Positions 31,245 through 41,638 of a stretch of DNA of 64,000 bases are shown here, piece after piece. Source of the stretch: Candidatus Omnitrophota bacterium (lineage in GTDB: Bacteria > Omnitrophota > Gorgyraeia > 1-14-0-20-64-10). The DNA lies in assembly GCA_023248155.1 (NCBI GenBank), contig JAHFFE010000002.1, forward strand, positions 256,864 through 320,863. The letters are read 5' to 3'. The position numbers and the translations under genes are program-made. The notes below the pieces were generated by a model that was given only the letters and a program-made list of their open reading frames with translations, was not told the DNA's origin and did not search any database. How positions within the stretch are numbered: the stretch's first letter is position 1; the number at the start of each line of letters is the position of its first letter.

Positions 31245-32815
31245 TGTCTCAAAAAATCTTTTTATACGATACGACGATGCGCGACGGCGCGCAGACCGAG
31301 GGAATCTCTCTGTCCGTCAGCGACAAGATGCAAATCTTGGCCAAGCTCGATGAGCTGGCGATCCCATACATCGAAGGCGGCTGGCCGATGGCCAGTCCCA
31401 AGGAGATGGAATTTTTCCTGAAGGCCAAAAAGGAACTTAAGCTCAAGCACTCGGTATTGACGGCGTTCGGTTCCACGCGCAAGGCCAACATGGCCGTCGG
31501 GAAAGATCCGCAGGTTAAATCGCTGCTTGATTCCGGGGCGCAGGTCGCCACGATTTTCGGCAAGACCTGGGACCTGCACGTGAAAGAGGTGTTCCGCGTT
31601 CCGCTTGAGGAAAATCTCAAGATGATCCACGAGACGGTTGCCTATCTCAAAAAGCAGGGCGTGGAAGTGATGTACGATGCCGAGCATTTCTTCGACGGCT
31701 ACCGCGCCAATCCCGAGTTTGCGCTGAAAACTCTCGAGGCCGCCGCCGACGCGGGCGCTTCGACCATCATCTTGTGCGATACCAACGGCGGTTCTTTGCC
31801 GCACTATGTTTACGAGACGGTAAAATTGGTCCGCGCGCGGATCGCCGTGCAGTTGGGCATCCATTGCCACAATGATTCCGAATTGGCCGTGGCCAATTCG
31901 ATCGCGGCTGTTGAAGCCGGCGTCGCGCAAATCCAGGGCACCATCAACGGCTACGGCGAACGGTGCGGCAACGCGAACCTCTCGTCGATCATTCCGGTGC
32001 TTCAGTTAAAGATGGACCGTCCGGTCGTTCCGTCCGACCGCCTCAAGCATTTGACCGAGGTCTCTCATTTTGTCGCCGAGATCTGCAACATGCGCACCAA
32101 CGATCATCAGCCGTTCGTCGGCGCGTCGGCATTTGCGCACAAGGGCGGTGTCCATATCAACGCGGTGCTTAAAAATACACTGACCTACGAACATATTGAT
32201 CCGGCGCTCGTCGGCAACGAACAGCGGCTGCTGATTTCCGAAATGGGCGGCAAGACCACCATCCAGGCCCGCGCGAAAAAATTGAAGATCGATCCCGATG
32301 CCGATCCCGAAAAGGCGAAGGCTTTTCTGGCCACCGTGCGCGAGCGCGAGAATGCCGGGTTCCATTACGAGGTGGCCGAGGGTTCTCTGGAACTGCTGCT
32401 GCGCAAGGCCTACGACAAATTCAAAAGCTCGTTTGATCTGGAGAAATTCAGCGTGTTGGTCGAGAAAACTCCGAAAGAGCTGACCTCGCAGGCGACGATC
32501 AAACTGAAGGTCGACGGAAAAACACAGTTGACCGTCGGCGAAGGCGATGGTCCCGTCAACGCGCTCGATCAGGCGCTGCGCAGCGCGCTGCAGAAATTTT
32601 ATCCGCAAGTCGGGGAAATGCACCTGGTCGACTTCAAAGTCCGCGTGCTTGAATCGGACCAGGGCGGGACCGCCGCGCGCGTGCGCGTGCTGATCCAGTC
32701 GCAGGATGAAGACGACAGCTGGTGGACCATCGGCGTCAGCGAGAACATCATTGAAGCCAGCTGGCAGGCGCTCGTTGATTCGGTCGAGTACAAACTGCTG
32801 AAAGACAAAAAATAA
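31244..32815 (+). CDS. (R)-citramalate synthase / 2-isopropylmalate synthase family, long form with regulatory domain; likely CimA
   Basis: MSQKIFLYDTTMRDGAQTEGISLS… DRE-TIM barrel with HxH motif (…LGIHCHNDSELAVANS…) and a ~150-aa C-terminal LeuA-dimer-like domain. Start overlaps the lysC stop. Confidence 0.75.
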   Translation: MSQKIFLYDTTMRDGAQTEGISLSVSDKMQILAKLDELAIPYIEGGWPMASPKEMEFFLKAKKELKLKHSVLTAFGSTRKANMAVGKDPQVKSLLDSGAQVATIFGKTWDLHVKEVFRVPLEENLKMIHETVAYLKKQGVEVMYDAEHFFDGYRANPEFALKTLEAAADAGASTIILCDTNGGSLPHYVYETVKLVRARIAVQLGIHCHNDSELAVANSIAAVEAGVAQIQGTINGYGERCGNANLSSIIPVLQLKMDRPVVPSDRLKHLTEVSHFVAEICNMRTNDHQPFVGASAFAHKGGVHINAVLKNTLTYEHIDPALVGNEQRLLISEMGGKTTIQARAKKLKIDPDADPEKAKAFLATVRERENAGFHYEVAEGSLELLLRKAYDKFKSSFDLEKFSVLVEKTPKELTSQATIKLKVDGKTQLTVGEGDGPVNALDQALRSALQKFYPQVGEMHLVDFKVRVLESDQGGTAARVRVLIQSQDEDDSWWTIGVSENIIEASWQALVDSVEYKLLKDKK

Positions 32816-32829
32816 CCGGGGTCCGTCCT

Positions 32830-35562
32830 ATGCCGCTTCCGTCGGTTTATTCGCCGGCCGAGGTTGAAAGCCGCTGGTATTCGGAGTGGGAATCAAAAGG
32901 CTATTTCAAGCCGCGCTCCGATTCCACAAAGCCGCCATTCACGATTGTTATTCCTCCGCCCAATGTCACCGGCATTCTGCATATGGGCCATGCGCTCAAC
33001 GATACGCTGCAGGATGTTCTGGTCCGCTGGAAACGGATGCAGGGCCATCCCGCGCTTTGGGTGCCCGGCACCGATCATGCCGGCATCGCCACGCAGAATG
33101 TCGTCGAGCGGCAGCTCGCGCAGGAAAAACTGACGCGCCAGCAGCTGGGCCGCGAAAAATTCGTCGAGCGGGTCTGGGCCTGGAAAGAAAAATCGGGCTC
33201 GACCATCGTCAAGCAGCTGCGCCGGCTGGGCGCTTCGTGCGACTGGAGCCGCGAGCGGTTCACGATGGATGAGGGCCTCTCCAAAGCGGTCCAAACCACT
33301 TTTATCGAACTGTACAAAGCAGGCCTTCTTTACCGCGGTTATTATTTGGTCAACTGGTGCCCGCGCTGCCAGACTGCGCTCTCCGACGAAGAAGTTGTTC
33401 ACGAAAACTTAAAAGGGAACCTCTGGCATATCCGTTATCCGGCGCAGGGTTCTCCGGATGAAGGGATTATCGTCGCCACGACGCGGCCCGAAACATTGTT
33501 GGGCGATACGGCTGTGGCGGTTCATCCAAGTGATGACCGGTATACAGCACTGCACGGAAAAATGCTGGTGTTGCCGCTGCTCAACCGCCCGGTTCCGGTG
33601 GTTGCCGATCCGTTCGTCGACCGTGAATTCGGGACCGGTGCCGTGAAAGTAACTCCGGCGCATGACCTCAATGACTATCAGCTGGGACAGCGGCACAATC
33701 TCTCAGCGATCCGCGTGATTGGTTCTGACGGCGTCATGATCGCGCAGGCAGGGCCGTATGCCGGGCTCGACCGGTTTGCGGCCCGTAAAAAAATCGTCGC
33801 CGATCTTGAAGCGGCCGGATTATTAATCAAAACGGAACCGTATGCCCATTCGGTCGGTCATTGTTATCGCTGTAAAACGGTCATCGAACCGTCGCTCTCG
33901 CCGCAATGGTTTGTAAAAATGGAACCGTTGGCGAAACTGGGCATTGAAGCGATTGAAAAAGACGGCCTGCGGTTTATTCCCGAGCGCTGGAATAAAGTTT
34001 ATCTCGATTGGCTGCATAATATCCGCGACTGGTGCGTCTCACGGCAGATTTGGTGGGGCCACCGTATTCCGGCCTGGTACTGCCAAACCTGTTATCCGGC
34101 CTATTTAAAGCAGCGCGAAACCACGCCGCTTTCATCGGGTACGCTGTTCGACGAGAAAAAAGCCGGCATTGTGGTTTCACCGCGAAAACCGGCGGCTTGT
34201 CCGAATTGTTCGGGTTCCAATCTGGTTCAGGACGAAGATGTGCTCGATACCTGGTTCTCGTCGTGGCTTTGGCCGTTTTCCACGCTGGGCTGGCCCGATA
34301 AAACGAAAGACCTCGAATCGTTTTATCCCACATCAGCGTTGGTAACGGGGCAGGACATTATTTTTTTCTGGGTGGCCCGCATGGTGATGGCCGGCAAATT
34401 CTTCATGAAGAAAATTCCGTTCAAGGATGTTTATATCCACGGTATTATTCGCGTCGAGGGCGGCAAGAAAATGTCGAAGAGTCTGGGCAACATCATTGAC
34501 CCGATTGAGGTGATCGACCGGCTCGGCACCGACGCGCTCCGTTTCTCGATCGCGCAGATGACTTCGGAAGGGCAGGACCTCTATCTGTCCGAGAATAAAT
34601 TTCTGATCGGCCGCAACTTCGCCAACAAACTCTGGAACGCCTCCCGCCTGATTTTAGACAGGCCGGGCGTTTCGGAACTTAAAGAAATTCATTTCAACGA
34701 AGCGGCGCTGACGATTCCGGATCAATGGATACTCAGTCGCTTGCAGCGGCTCACCACCGATGTGACACGCGCGCTCGAGCAATACCGATTTAACGAAACG
34801 GCCAGATTACTGTATCAATTTGTCTGGAACGATTTTTGCGACTGGTACCTGGAGATCGCCAAGATTCAGCGCGAAGAAGGGGATCCGGCTGTTGCCGCCA
34901 ACACGAATGCGGTGCTGGTTTATGTTCTGGAACGGACACTGCGTCTGCTGCACCCGCTGATGCCGTTCATTACCGAAGAACTTTGGCATCATCTGGGTTA
35001 TCGCGGAATAGAAGCGGCTCCATCAATCAGTCTGGCCGCCTGGCCCGTTCCCGATGAGAAATGGATTAATGCCGGGGCAGAACAGTCGTTTGAACGGCTG
35101 CAGGCCGTTGTGTCGCATGGGCGAACGATCCGTGCCACGTTCCGTGTTCCGCCGGCGCAAAAACTGGAAATGCTGATCAAAGGTTCCAAAGGTTTGGAAT
35201 TGATCGGCCGCTATGAAAAAGCGGTCCAGCGATTGGCCGGTCTGGAAACGATCCGCTGCGGCGCCGATATAAAGCGTCCGGCCGGAGCGGTTTCATCGCC
35301 GGTTTCCGCGCAGGGAAAATTTGATCTGTGGGAAGTGATCGTGCCGCTGGCCGGCCTCGTTGATCTGGTGGTTGAACGTCAGCGGATCCAGAAAGAAATG
35401 GAAAGCCTGGAGACGCGCATCGGCTCCAAAAAAAGCCGGCTCGATGATGCGACATTCCGTTCCCGCGCGCCGGCTGATGTGGTGGAAGAGGAAGAAACGC
35501 TGTTGGGCGAACTTCAGGGAGAACTGCTGAAGTGGAGCGAGAGCCTCAAACAACTGCAGTGA
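32830..35562 (+). CDS. valS: Valine--tRNA ligase
   Basis: 910 aa with HIGH (PPPNVTGILHMGHAL) and KMSKS (GGKKMSKSLGN) motifs and a C-terminal coiled coil. Confidence 0.95.
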   Translation: MPLPSVYSPAEVESRWYSEWESKGYFKPRSDSTKPPFTIVIPPPNVTGILHMGHALNDTLQDVLVRWKRMQGHPALWVPGTDHAGIATQNVVERQLAQEKLTRQQLGREKFVERVWAWKEKSGSTIVKQLRRLGASCDWSRERFTMDEGLSKAVQTTFIELYKAGLLYRGYYLVNWCPRCQTALSDEEVVHENLKGNLWHIRYPAQGSPDEGIIVATTRPETLLGDTAVAVHPSDDRYTALHGKMLVLPLLNRPVPVVADPFVDREFGTGAVKVTPAHDLNDYQLGQRHNLSAIRVIGSDGVMIAQAGPYAGLDRFAARKKIVADLEAAGLLIKTEPYAHSVGHCYRCKTVIEPSLSPQWFVKMEPLAKLGIEAIEKDGLRFIPERWNKVYLDWLHNIRDWCVSRQIWWGHRIPAWYCQTCYPAYLKQRETTPLSSGTLFDEKKAGIVVSPRKPAACPNCSGSNLVQDEDVLDTWFSSWLWPFSTLGWPDKTKDLESFYPTSALVTGQDIIFFWVARMVMAGKFFMKKIPFKDVYIHGIIRVEGGKKMSKSLGNIIDPIEVIDRLGTDALRFSIAQMTSEGQDLYLSENKFLIGRNFANKLWNASRLILDRPGVSELKEIHFNEAALTIPDQWILSRLQRLTTDVTRALEQYRFNETARLLYQFVWNDFCDWYLEIAKIQREEGDPAVAANTNAVLVYVLERTLRLLHPLMPFITEELWHHLGYRGIEAAPSISLAAWPVPDEKWINAGAEQSFERLQAVVSHGRTIRATFRVPPAQKLEMLIKGSKGLELIGRYEKAVQRLAGLETIRCGADIKRPAGAVSSPVSAQGKFDLWEVIVPLAGLVDLVVERQRIQKEMESLETRIGSKKSRLDDATFRSRAPADVVEEEETLLGELQGELLKWSESLKQLQ

Positions 35563-36458
35563 ACGGATTATCACGCGCGGCAATCCTGCCGGTCATTCAG
35601 GCCGCGCTGAAGGAAGATATTGGCGCCCGCGACCTGACCGTCTCGGCATTAATTCCGCGCGACCAACAGGCCAAAGCCGAAATCGTTGCGCATCGCGAAG
35701 GAGTTATTGCCGGCCTTCCCGTCGCCGAAATGGTTTTCAATACAGTCGATCCTAAAATTCGTTTCAAGCCGCTCGTCAAAGAAGGCGAGCGGGTGTATGC
35801 CGATAAAGTAATCGCCTTTATGGAAGGCTCCGCGCGCGGCATTCTCTCGGCCGAGCGGACCGCGTTAAATTTCCTGGGACATTTGTCCGGCATCGCCACG
35901 GTGACCGCTCTGTTCACCGAAAAAATCCGCGGCGCGCCGGCCAAAATCCTCGACACGCGCAAAACCACTCCGGGCCTGCGTTTGTTTGAAAAATATGCGG
36001 TGGCAGTCGGCGGCGGCGTCAATCACCGGATGGGTCTTTTCGACGGAGTTTTGATCAAGGAAAACCACCTGCGTATGGTTTCACACCGCACCGCCGGCGT
36101 GTTCGGCCATTTGTCGGCGGTCGAGGAATCGGTCCGCGTCGCGCGCCGGCAGTCGCTCAAGAATACTGCCATTGAGATTGAAGTCACCACGCTCGATGAA
36201 TTCCGCAAAGCGCTGGCTGCTTCGGCCGACATCATCCTGCTCGATAACATGCGCTTGAACGATATTGAAGAAGCGGTTCGGATCCGCAACGCGTTGTTCC
36301 GGTCGCGCAAGGAGAAACGGATTTTGCTTGAAGTTTCAGGGGGCATTACGCTTTCGAATGTGCGGGCAGTGGCGTTGTCGGGCGTTGACCGGATTTCAGT
36401 CGGCGCACTCACGCATTCGGCGCCGTCGCTGGATCTTTCACTCGAAATCGTCGGATAA
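35532..36458 (+). CDS. nadC: Nicotinate-nucleotide pyrophosphorylase (quinolinate phosphoribosyltransferase)
   Basis: …AALKEDIGARDLTVSALIP… and the type II PRTase C-terminal barrel. The true start may be the GTG at 35559, which overlaps the valS stop. Confidence 0.85.
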   Translation: MEREPQTTAVNGLSRAAILPVIQAALKEDIGARDLTVSALIPRDQQAKAEIVAHREGVIAGLPVAEMVFNTVDPKIRFKPLVKEGERVYADKVIAFMEGSARGILSAERTALNFLGHLSGIATVTALFTEKIRGAPAKILDTRKTTPGLRLFEKYAVAVGGGVNHRMGLFDGVLIKENHLRMVSHRTAGVFGHLSAVEESVRVARRQSLKNTAIEIEVTTLDEFRKALAASADIILLDNMRLNDIEEAVRIRNALFRSRKEKRILLEVSGGITLSNVRAVALSGVDRISVGALTHSAPSLDLSLEIVG

Positions 36459-36473
36459 CAAGGGAGGAATCGA

Positions 36474-36764
36474 ATGGTTCAATTATCGATTTTTCTGATC
36501 TGCGTGGTTCTGGTGATTGTCGGGTCGCTCAGCTTGGTTTCGTCGATGTCGGTCGATGGCAGGTACCGGTCGGTTCTAGCCTGTCTCTTTTCCTGCGTCC
36601 CGATTGGCGTGGCAGTCTGGCTGTTTTATTCCTCCGGACTGAAGATCGGCGATCTTCCTCGGCTGCTGCAGGAAACCGCGCGTGAAATAGAACGCGTAGT
36701 GCGAATCATCAAAGACGGAATAGCCAACCGCAACGATTTCGACAAACTGACAAAGGGAATGTAA
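36474..36764 (+). CDS. Hypothetical small membrane protein (2 TM)
   Basis: 96-aa ORF with a hydrophobic N-terminal half, same strand as its neighbours, tightly packed before uvrB. Confidence 0.45.
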   Translation: MVQLSIFLICVVLVIVGSLSLVSSMSVDGRYRSVLACLFSCVPIGVAVWLFYSSGLKIGDLPRLLQETAREIERVVRIIKDGIANRNDFDKLTKGM

Positions 36765-36774
36765 TCGGGCAGTA

Positions 36775-38829
36775 ATGGCGGCATTCAAACTTGTCAGTGA
36801 GATGACCCCGAAAGGGGACCAGCCCGAGGCCATCCGCCAGCTGGCGGCCGGTCTGCGCGCGAAAAAACAGTTCCAGACGCTGTTGGGCGCCACCGGCACC
36901 GGGAAAACGTTCACGATGGCGCATGTCATCGAGCAGATCCAGAAGCCGACGCTGGTGATTTCGCATAACAAGACGCTGGCCGCCCAGTTGTACAGCGAGC
37001 TGAAATCTTTTTTTCCTGACAACGCCGTCGAGTTTTTTGTCAGTTATTACGATTATTACCAGCCCGAAGCGTACATCCCGCAGACCGACACCTACATCGA
37101 AAAAGATTCCTCGATCAACGACCGGCTCGACCGCCTGCGGCTGGCCGCCACCACATCGCTGCAATCGCGCTCCGATGTGATTTTAGTGGCGTCGGTTTCC
37201 TGCATTTACAACCTTGGCGATCCGGAAGATTACAAAGGGCTACTTCTTTTTCTCGAGAAGGGACAGGCCATCCCTCGCCGTGACCTGCTACGCCGCCTGG
37301 TTGAGATGCTTTATGAACGCAACGAGGTCGAGTTCGCGCGCGGCAAGTTCCGCGTGCGCGGCGAAACGATCGAAATTTTTCCGGCCTATGAAGAACGGGC
37401 TGTGCGTCTCTCGCTGTTCGGCGATCAGATTGAGAAAATTGCAATCATCGATCCGGTGACCGGTAATGTGCTTCAGCCGCTCGACAAATATGCGCTTTAT
37501 CCGGCCAAACATTTCATCACCAGTCAGGACCGCATTGATCGTGCCGTCGGCAATATCGAGCAGGAACTGCAGTCGCGGCTTGAGGATCTCAAATCGCGCG
37601 GCAAACTGCTCGAGGCGCAGCGCCTTGAATCGCGCACGCATTACGACATCGAGATGATGAAAGAAGTCGGCTACTGCCATGGCATCGAAAATTATTCGCG
37701 CGCGCTGTCCAGCCGGCCCGAGGGTTCCCGGCCCTGGTGCCTGCTCGATTATTTTCCGGAAGATTTCCTGATGGTGATCGACGAATCGCACGCGACGATC
37801 CCGCAGGTGCGCGGCATGTACGCGGGCGACCGCGCGCGCAAGCAGGTGCTGGTTGATTTCGGGTTCCGTTTGCCGTCTTGCCTCGATAACCGCCCGCTGC
37901 AATTCAACGAATTTGAAGCGATGATGCGCCAGGCGGTTTTTGTTTCGGCAACGCCAGGCCCCTACGAACTTAAGGCCTGCGCCGGCAAAGTGGTCCAGCA
38001 GGTGATCCGTCCGACCGGACTGATCGACCCGGAGGTGATCATCCGTCCGATCAAGGGTCAGGTCGACGATTTAATTGAAGAGGTTAAACAGCGTGCCGCG
38101 CTGGGCCAGCGTACGCTGATTACCACGCTGACCAAGCGGATGGCCGAAGACCTTTCGTCCTATTTAAAGCAGAACGGCATCCGCGTCACCTACATTCACG
38201 CCGATCTCGACGCGTTTGAGCGCGTCGATGTGCTGCGCAATTTGCGGCTGGGCAATTTCGACTGCGTGGTCGGCATCAACCTATTGCGCGAGGGGCTCGA
38301 TCTGCCGGAAGTTTCACTGGTTTGCGTACTCGACGCCGACAAGGAAGGGTTCCTCCGTTCGGCCACGACGCTGATCCAGATTGCCGGCCGTGCCGCACGG
38401 CACTTAAACGGCCGCGTGATTTTGTACGCGGATCACCGGACCGATTCGATGAATCATATGATCAACGAAACCGAGCGCCGCCGCAAAATCCAGTTGGAGT
38501 ATAATCAAGCCAACGGCATCACACCGCAGTCGGTTAAGAAGGCGATTCGTGAAGGAATTGAAACGGCTGCCAAAGAAGATCCCGAAACGGTAGCCCGATC
38601 GGCCGCCGGTTTGAGTGAAGAGCAGTTTGATCTCGAGCAGGTGATCGCCGATATCGAGCAGGAAATGGAATCGGCCGCGCGCAACCTGCAGTTTGAGCGC
38701 GCCGCGGCATTGCGTGATCAGGCGGCTGCGCTGCGCGAGAAGGGTATTCAGGGATTGTCGTCGCCGGTTCCCCGGCCGTCGAAAAGATCGAAAAAAGATC
38801 GTTCCAACACCAGGAGATCTACGCCATAA
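36775..38829 (+). CDS. uvrB: Excinuclease ABC subunit B
   Basis: …QFQTLLGATGTGKTFTMAHVI… Walker A, helicase motifs and the C-terminal UvrB/UvrC interaction motif. Confidence 0.95.
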   Translation: MAAFKLVSEMTPKGDQPEAIRQLAAGLRAKKQFQTLLGATGTGKTFTMAHVIEQIQKPTLVISHNKTLAAQLYSELKSFFPDNAVEFFVSYYDYYQPEAYIPQTDTYIEKDSSINDRLDRLRLAATTSLQSRSDVILVASVSCIYNLGDPEDYKGLLLFLEKGQAIPRRDLLRRLVEMLYERNEVEFARGKFRVRGETIEIFPAYEERAVRLSLFGDQIEKIAIIDPVTGNVLQPLDKYALYPAKHFITSQDRIDRAVGNIEQELQSRLEDLKSRGKLLEAQRLESRTHYDIEMMKEVGYCHGIENYSRALSSRPEGSRPWCLLDYFPEDFLMVIDESHATIPQVRGMYAGDRARKQVLVDFGFRLPSCLDNRPLQFNEFEAMMRQAVFVSATPGPYELKACAGKVVQQVIRPTGLIDPEVIIRPIKGQVDDLIEEVKQRAALGQRTLITTLTKRMAEDLSSYLKQNGIRVTYIHADLDAFERVDVLRNLRLGNFDCVVGINLLREGLDLPEVSLVCVLDADKEGFLRSATTLIQIAGRAARHLNGRVILYADHRTDSMNHMINETERRRKIQLEYNQANGITPQSVKKAIREGIETAAKEDPETVARSAAGLSEEQFDLEQVIADIEQEMESAARNLQFERAAALRDQAAALREKGIQGLSSPVPRPSKRSKKDRSNTRRSTP

Positions 38830-39383
38830 TGCGCGTTCAGCCGATGACTGCTACAAAATGGATTGAGCTTTTTTTCGGATGCGTGGTCCCGACGGTACTG
38901 GTCGTCCCGTTTTTTTTGACTATTCTTGAATTGGGCCTTTACCGGTTCAGCCAGCCGCAATGGTCGGTACGTGAGCTTTTGCCGGCGATGGCATTCAGCC
39001 TGATTCCTATTGTCGCCGTCGCCTCGATCTGGCTGCTGGTACTGCTCGGTCCGCGGCAGGTGAACCGCCTTTTTCCTCTGCGCCTAATCACGCTGCTATT
39101 CGGCGTTCTAGGTCTTCTGCTGGTGTTCGCTTTTTTCATTCCTCTTTTTCAGCCGGTCATTCGCGGCTACTGGAAAGAAAGTTTCGCGCTGTTTTTGAAA
39201 CCGTACTCGTTCGCGCTGCGCACGATTGTGCGCGGCGATGACTGGCGGCTTTTGTTTTTCGGAACGCTGGGCCCGCTTATTGTCGGCCTGCGCGCGTTTC
39301 CGGTCTTAATCCGGGGAACCCAACCGGTACAGGAGGAACATTTTCCATGGCGGCTCTGGAAGAGGCCGTTTTATACGCCTTAA
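38829..39383 (+). CDS. Hypothetical polytopic membrane protein
   Basis: 184 aa with about 5 predicted TM helices. No recognisable motif. Confidence 0.45.
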   Translation: MRVQPMTATKWIELFFGCVVPTVLVVPFFLTILELGLYRFSQPQWSVRELLPAMAFSLIPIVAVASIWLLVLLGPRQVNRLFPLRLITLLFGVLGLLLVFAFFIPLFQPVIRGYWKESFALFLKPYSFALRTIVRGDDWRLLFFGTLGPLIVGLRAFPVLIRGTQPVQEEHFPWRLWKRPFYTP

Positions 39384-40315
39384 AAGCAAAACCCGGTGAA
39401 TTTGTATCGGGCGAAGAACTCAGCCGTCTTTCCGGCGTTTCGCGCACGGCTATCTGGAAAGAGATTGAGAAGCTGCGCGCCGAGGGCTATAAAATTTCCG
39501 CGCGGCCGCGCCAGGGTTATAAACTGACGGCGGTTCCCGACCGGCTTACCGCGCAGGAACTTCGCTGGAATTTAAAAACCCGCGTCGTCGGCTGCCGGGT
39601 TCACGCCTATGAATCAACCGATTCCACGATGGATTTATCGCATCGGTTGGCCGCCTCCGGCGAACCGGAAGGTTCCGTTGTGATTACCGAATCGCAAAAC
39701 AAAGGCCGCGGCCGGATGGGCAGGGTATGGGCTTCTCCCCGCGGTACCGGCCTTTATTTTTCTGTTTTATTCCGCCCCGCGCTGCCGGTTTCGCGCGTTC
39801 CTCATCTGACGTTGGTCGCCGCGGTGGCTGTCGCCGAAGCGGTTGCCGATTCGACCGGCCTGCGCCCCGATTTGAAATGGCCTAACGATCTGCTCATCGA
39901 CGGTAAAAAAATCTGCGGCATCCTCACCGAACTCAATGCCGAGGTTAACCGCGTCAATTATGTGGTGGTCGGCGTCGGCATGAACGTTAACACGGCCAAG
40001 TCCGATCTTCCGGCGCATGCTACTTCGCTGAAAGCGCAGGCCGGAGAAAAAATAGACCGCATTGCTCTGGCGAGAGCTCTCTTTCAACGCATTGACGCGC
40101 GGTACCACCAATTCCTGGGCGGCGGATGGGAACCGATCCTCGAGGCGTGGCGCTCGCACGCGCGGTTTTTGGGAAGCCGCGTGCGCGTAGCGCTGGAAGG
40201 GCGCGTGATCGACGGGCATGCGCTTGACATCGATTCCGACGGGGCGCTGCTGGTGCGCGCCGATACTGGCATCGTTGAATCGGTCTCAGCCGGCGAGGTT
40301 TTGCTGGTAAGATGA
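39347..40315 (+). CDS. birA: Bifunctional biotin--[acetyl-CoA-carboxylase] ligase / biotin operon repressor
   Basis: N-terminal HTH (…LSRLSGVSRTAIWKEIEKLRAEGY…), BPL catalytic motif …GRGRMGRVW…, and a C-terminal SH3-like domain. Confidence 0.85.
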   Translation: MAALEEAVLYALKAKPGEFVSGEELSRLSGVSRTAIWKEIEKLRAEGYKISARPRQGYKLTAVPDRLTAQELRWNLKTRVVGCRVHAYESTDSTMDLSHRLAASGEPEGSVVITESQNKGRGRMGRVWASPRGTGLYFSVLFRPALPVSRVPHLTLVAAVAVAEAVADSTGLRPDLKWPNDLLIDGKKICGILTELNAEVNRVNYVVVGVGMNVNTAKSDLPAHATSLKAQAGEKIDRIALARALFQRIDARYHQFLGGGWEPILEAWRSHARFLGSRVRVALEGRVIDGHALDIDSDGALLVRADTGIVESVSAGEVLLVR

Positions 40316-41634
40316 AAAAAATAACAGCGGCATTTATTTGTTTTTTTGCGGGAGCGGCTTTTTTTCTATGTGCTCCAGGCTCTGCGATTTATGCCAGACA
40401 AGAACAGCACCCGGTCGTGGTGCTTCGCGCCGAAGGGACGATTGATCCGGCGCTGGCCCGTTATCTGGCGCGCGGCCTGGATGAAGCCCGTCAGCGGCAG
40501 GCTTCAGTTGTTATTCTGCGGATCAATACCGAAGGCGGGTTGGATCGTTCCATCCGCCGCATGATTCAAACCATTCTTGATTCTCCGGTTCCGGTAGTGG
40601 TCTATGTTTCGCCGGAAGGCGCCCGGGCCGCTTCCACCGGCGCTTTTATCGCGGCGGCCGCGCATGGTTCGGCCATGGCCCCCGGCACCATGATTGGCGC
40701 CGCGTGCGCGGCCGACCCCGCCGATGAATCCGACGACAAATTATCAATGGCCCGCCTGAAGCTGACCAATGATGCAGCGGCTTATCTGCGGTCGGTCGCC
40801 CAGGATCATGGGCGTAATATTGAATGGGTTGAAACGGCGGTTCGCCAGGGCCGCGTTATTACCGCGCAAGAAGCGTTTAAACAAAATGCCGTCGATTATC
40901 TGGCTCCCGACCTTGAAGATCTTTTGGGCCAGATCAACGGCCGCGAAGTAAAAACTGTTTTTGGGGCCGTGACCATCGACACCGAAGATCAACCCCGCCT
41001 TTTCTTGGGTATTTCGCATGTCGAGAATTTTCTGCACCGGATCATGCGGCCCAACCTGGCTTACGCGCTGCTGTTGTTCGGCATTTATGCCATCGTTTTC
41101 GAGCTGTCCACCGCGGGCTTCGGCTTACCGGGCGTTGCCGGGGCCGTCGCGCTGGTGCTGTCGCTGGTGATGCTTGAAACGCTGGCGGTCTATTGGCTCG
41201 GCCTGGGATTGATCGCGTTTTCCATGGCGCTTTTTATCACCGATATCAAATTGGCGGGGCGCGGTGTTTTCTCATTGGCCGGCCTGATTCTGTTTGTGAT
41301 CGGCTCACTCTTTCTTTTTCCGGGCGCCGATGTGACCGGCGTCTATCTTTCGCCGCCGCTGGTCATTGGGGCCTCAGCGTTTACCGCTTTGTTTTTTCTG
41401 TTCGTGGTCGGCGCGGGTATTCGTTCGCTTAAAAACCGCGCCATTGCCGGACTCATGGCGCTGGTCGGGCAGGAAGGCAGCGTCGAAACCGACTTAAACC
41501 CGCAGGGGATTGTGCGCGTGCATGGCGAGCAGTGGCAGGCCCGCTCCACGCAGCCGCTCTGGAAAGGCTCGCGTGTGAAAATCATCCGCGCTGATGGACT
41601 GGTACTCTGGGTTGAGCCGATTCTGGACAAATGA
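40312..41634 (+). CDS. NfeD-like membrane-bound ClpP-class serine protease
   Basis: Signal sequence, ClpP/crotonase-like domain (…VVILRINTEGGLDRSIRRM…), a 4-5 TM block, and a C-terminal OB-fold segment. Confidence 0.7.
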   Translation: MKKITAAFICFFAGAAFFLCAPGSAIYARQEQHPVVVLRAEGTIDPALARYLARGLDEARQRQASVVILRINTEGGLDRSIRRMIQTILDSPVPVVVYVSPEGARAASTGAFIAAAAHGSAMAPGTMIGAACAADPADESDDKLSMARLKLTNDAAAYLRSVAQDHGRNIEWVETAVRQGRVITAQEAFKQNAVDYLAPDLEDLLGQINGREVKTVFGAVTIDTEDQPRLFLGISHVENFLHRIMRPNLAYALLLFGIYAIVFELSTAGFGLPGVAGAVALVLSLVMLETLAVYWLGLGLIAFSMALFITDIKLAGRGVFSLAGLILFVIGSLFLFPGADVTGVYLSPPLVIGASAFTALFFLFVVGAGIRSLKNRAIAGLMALVGQEGSVETDLNPQGIVRVHGEQWQARSTQPLWKGSRVKIIRADGLVLWVEPILDK

Positions 41635-41638
41635 TCCC

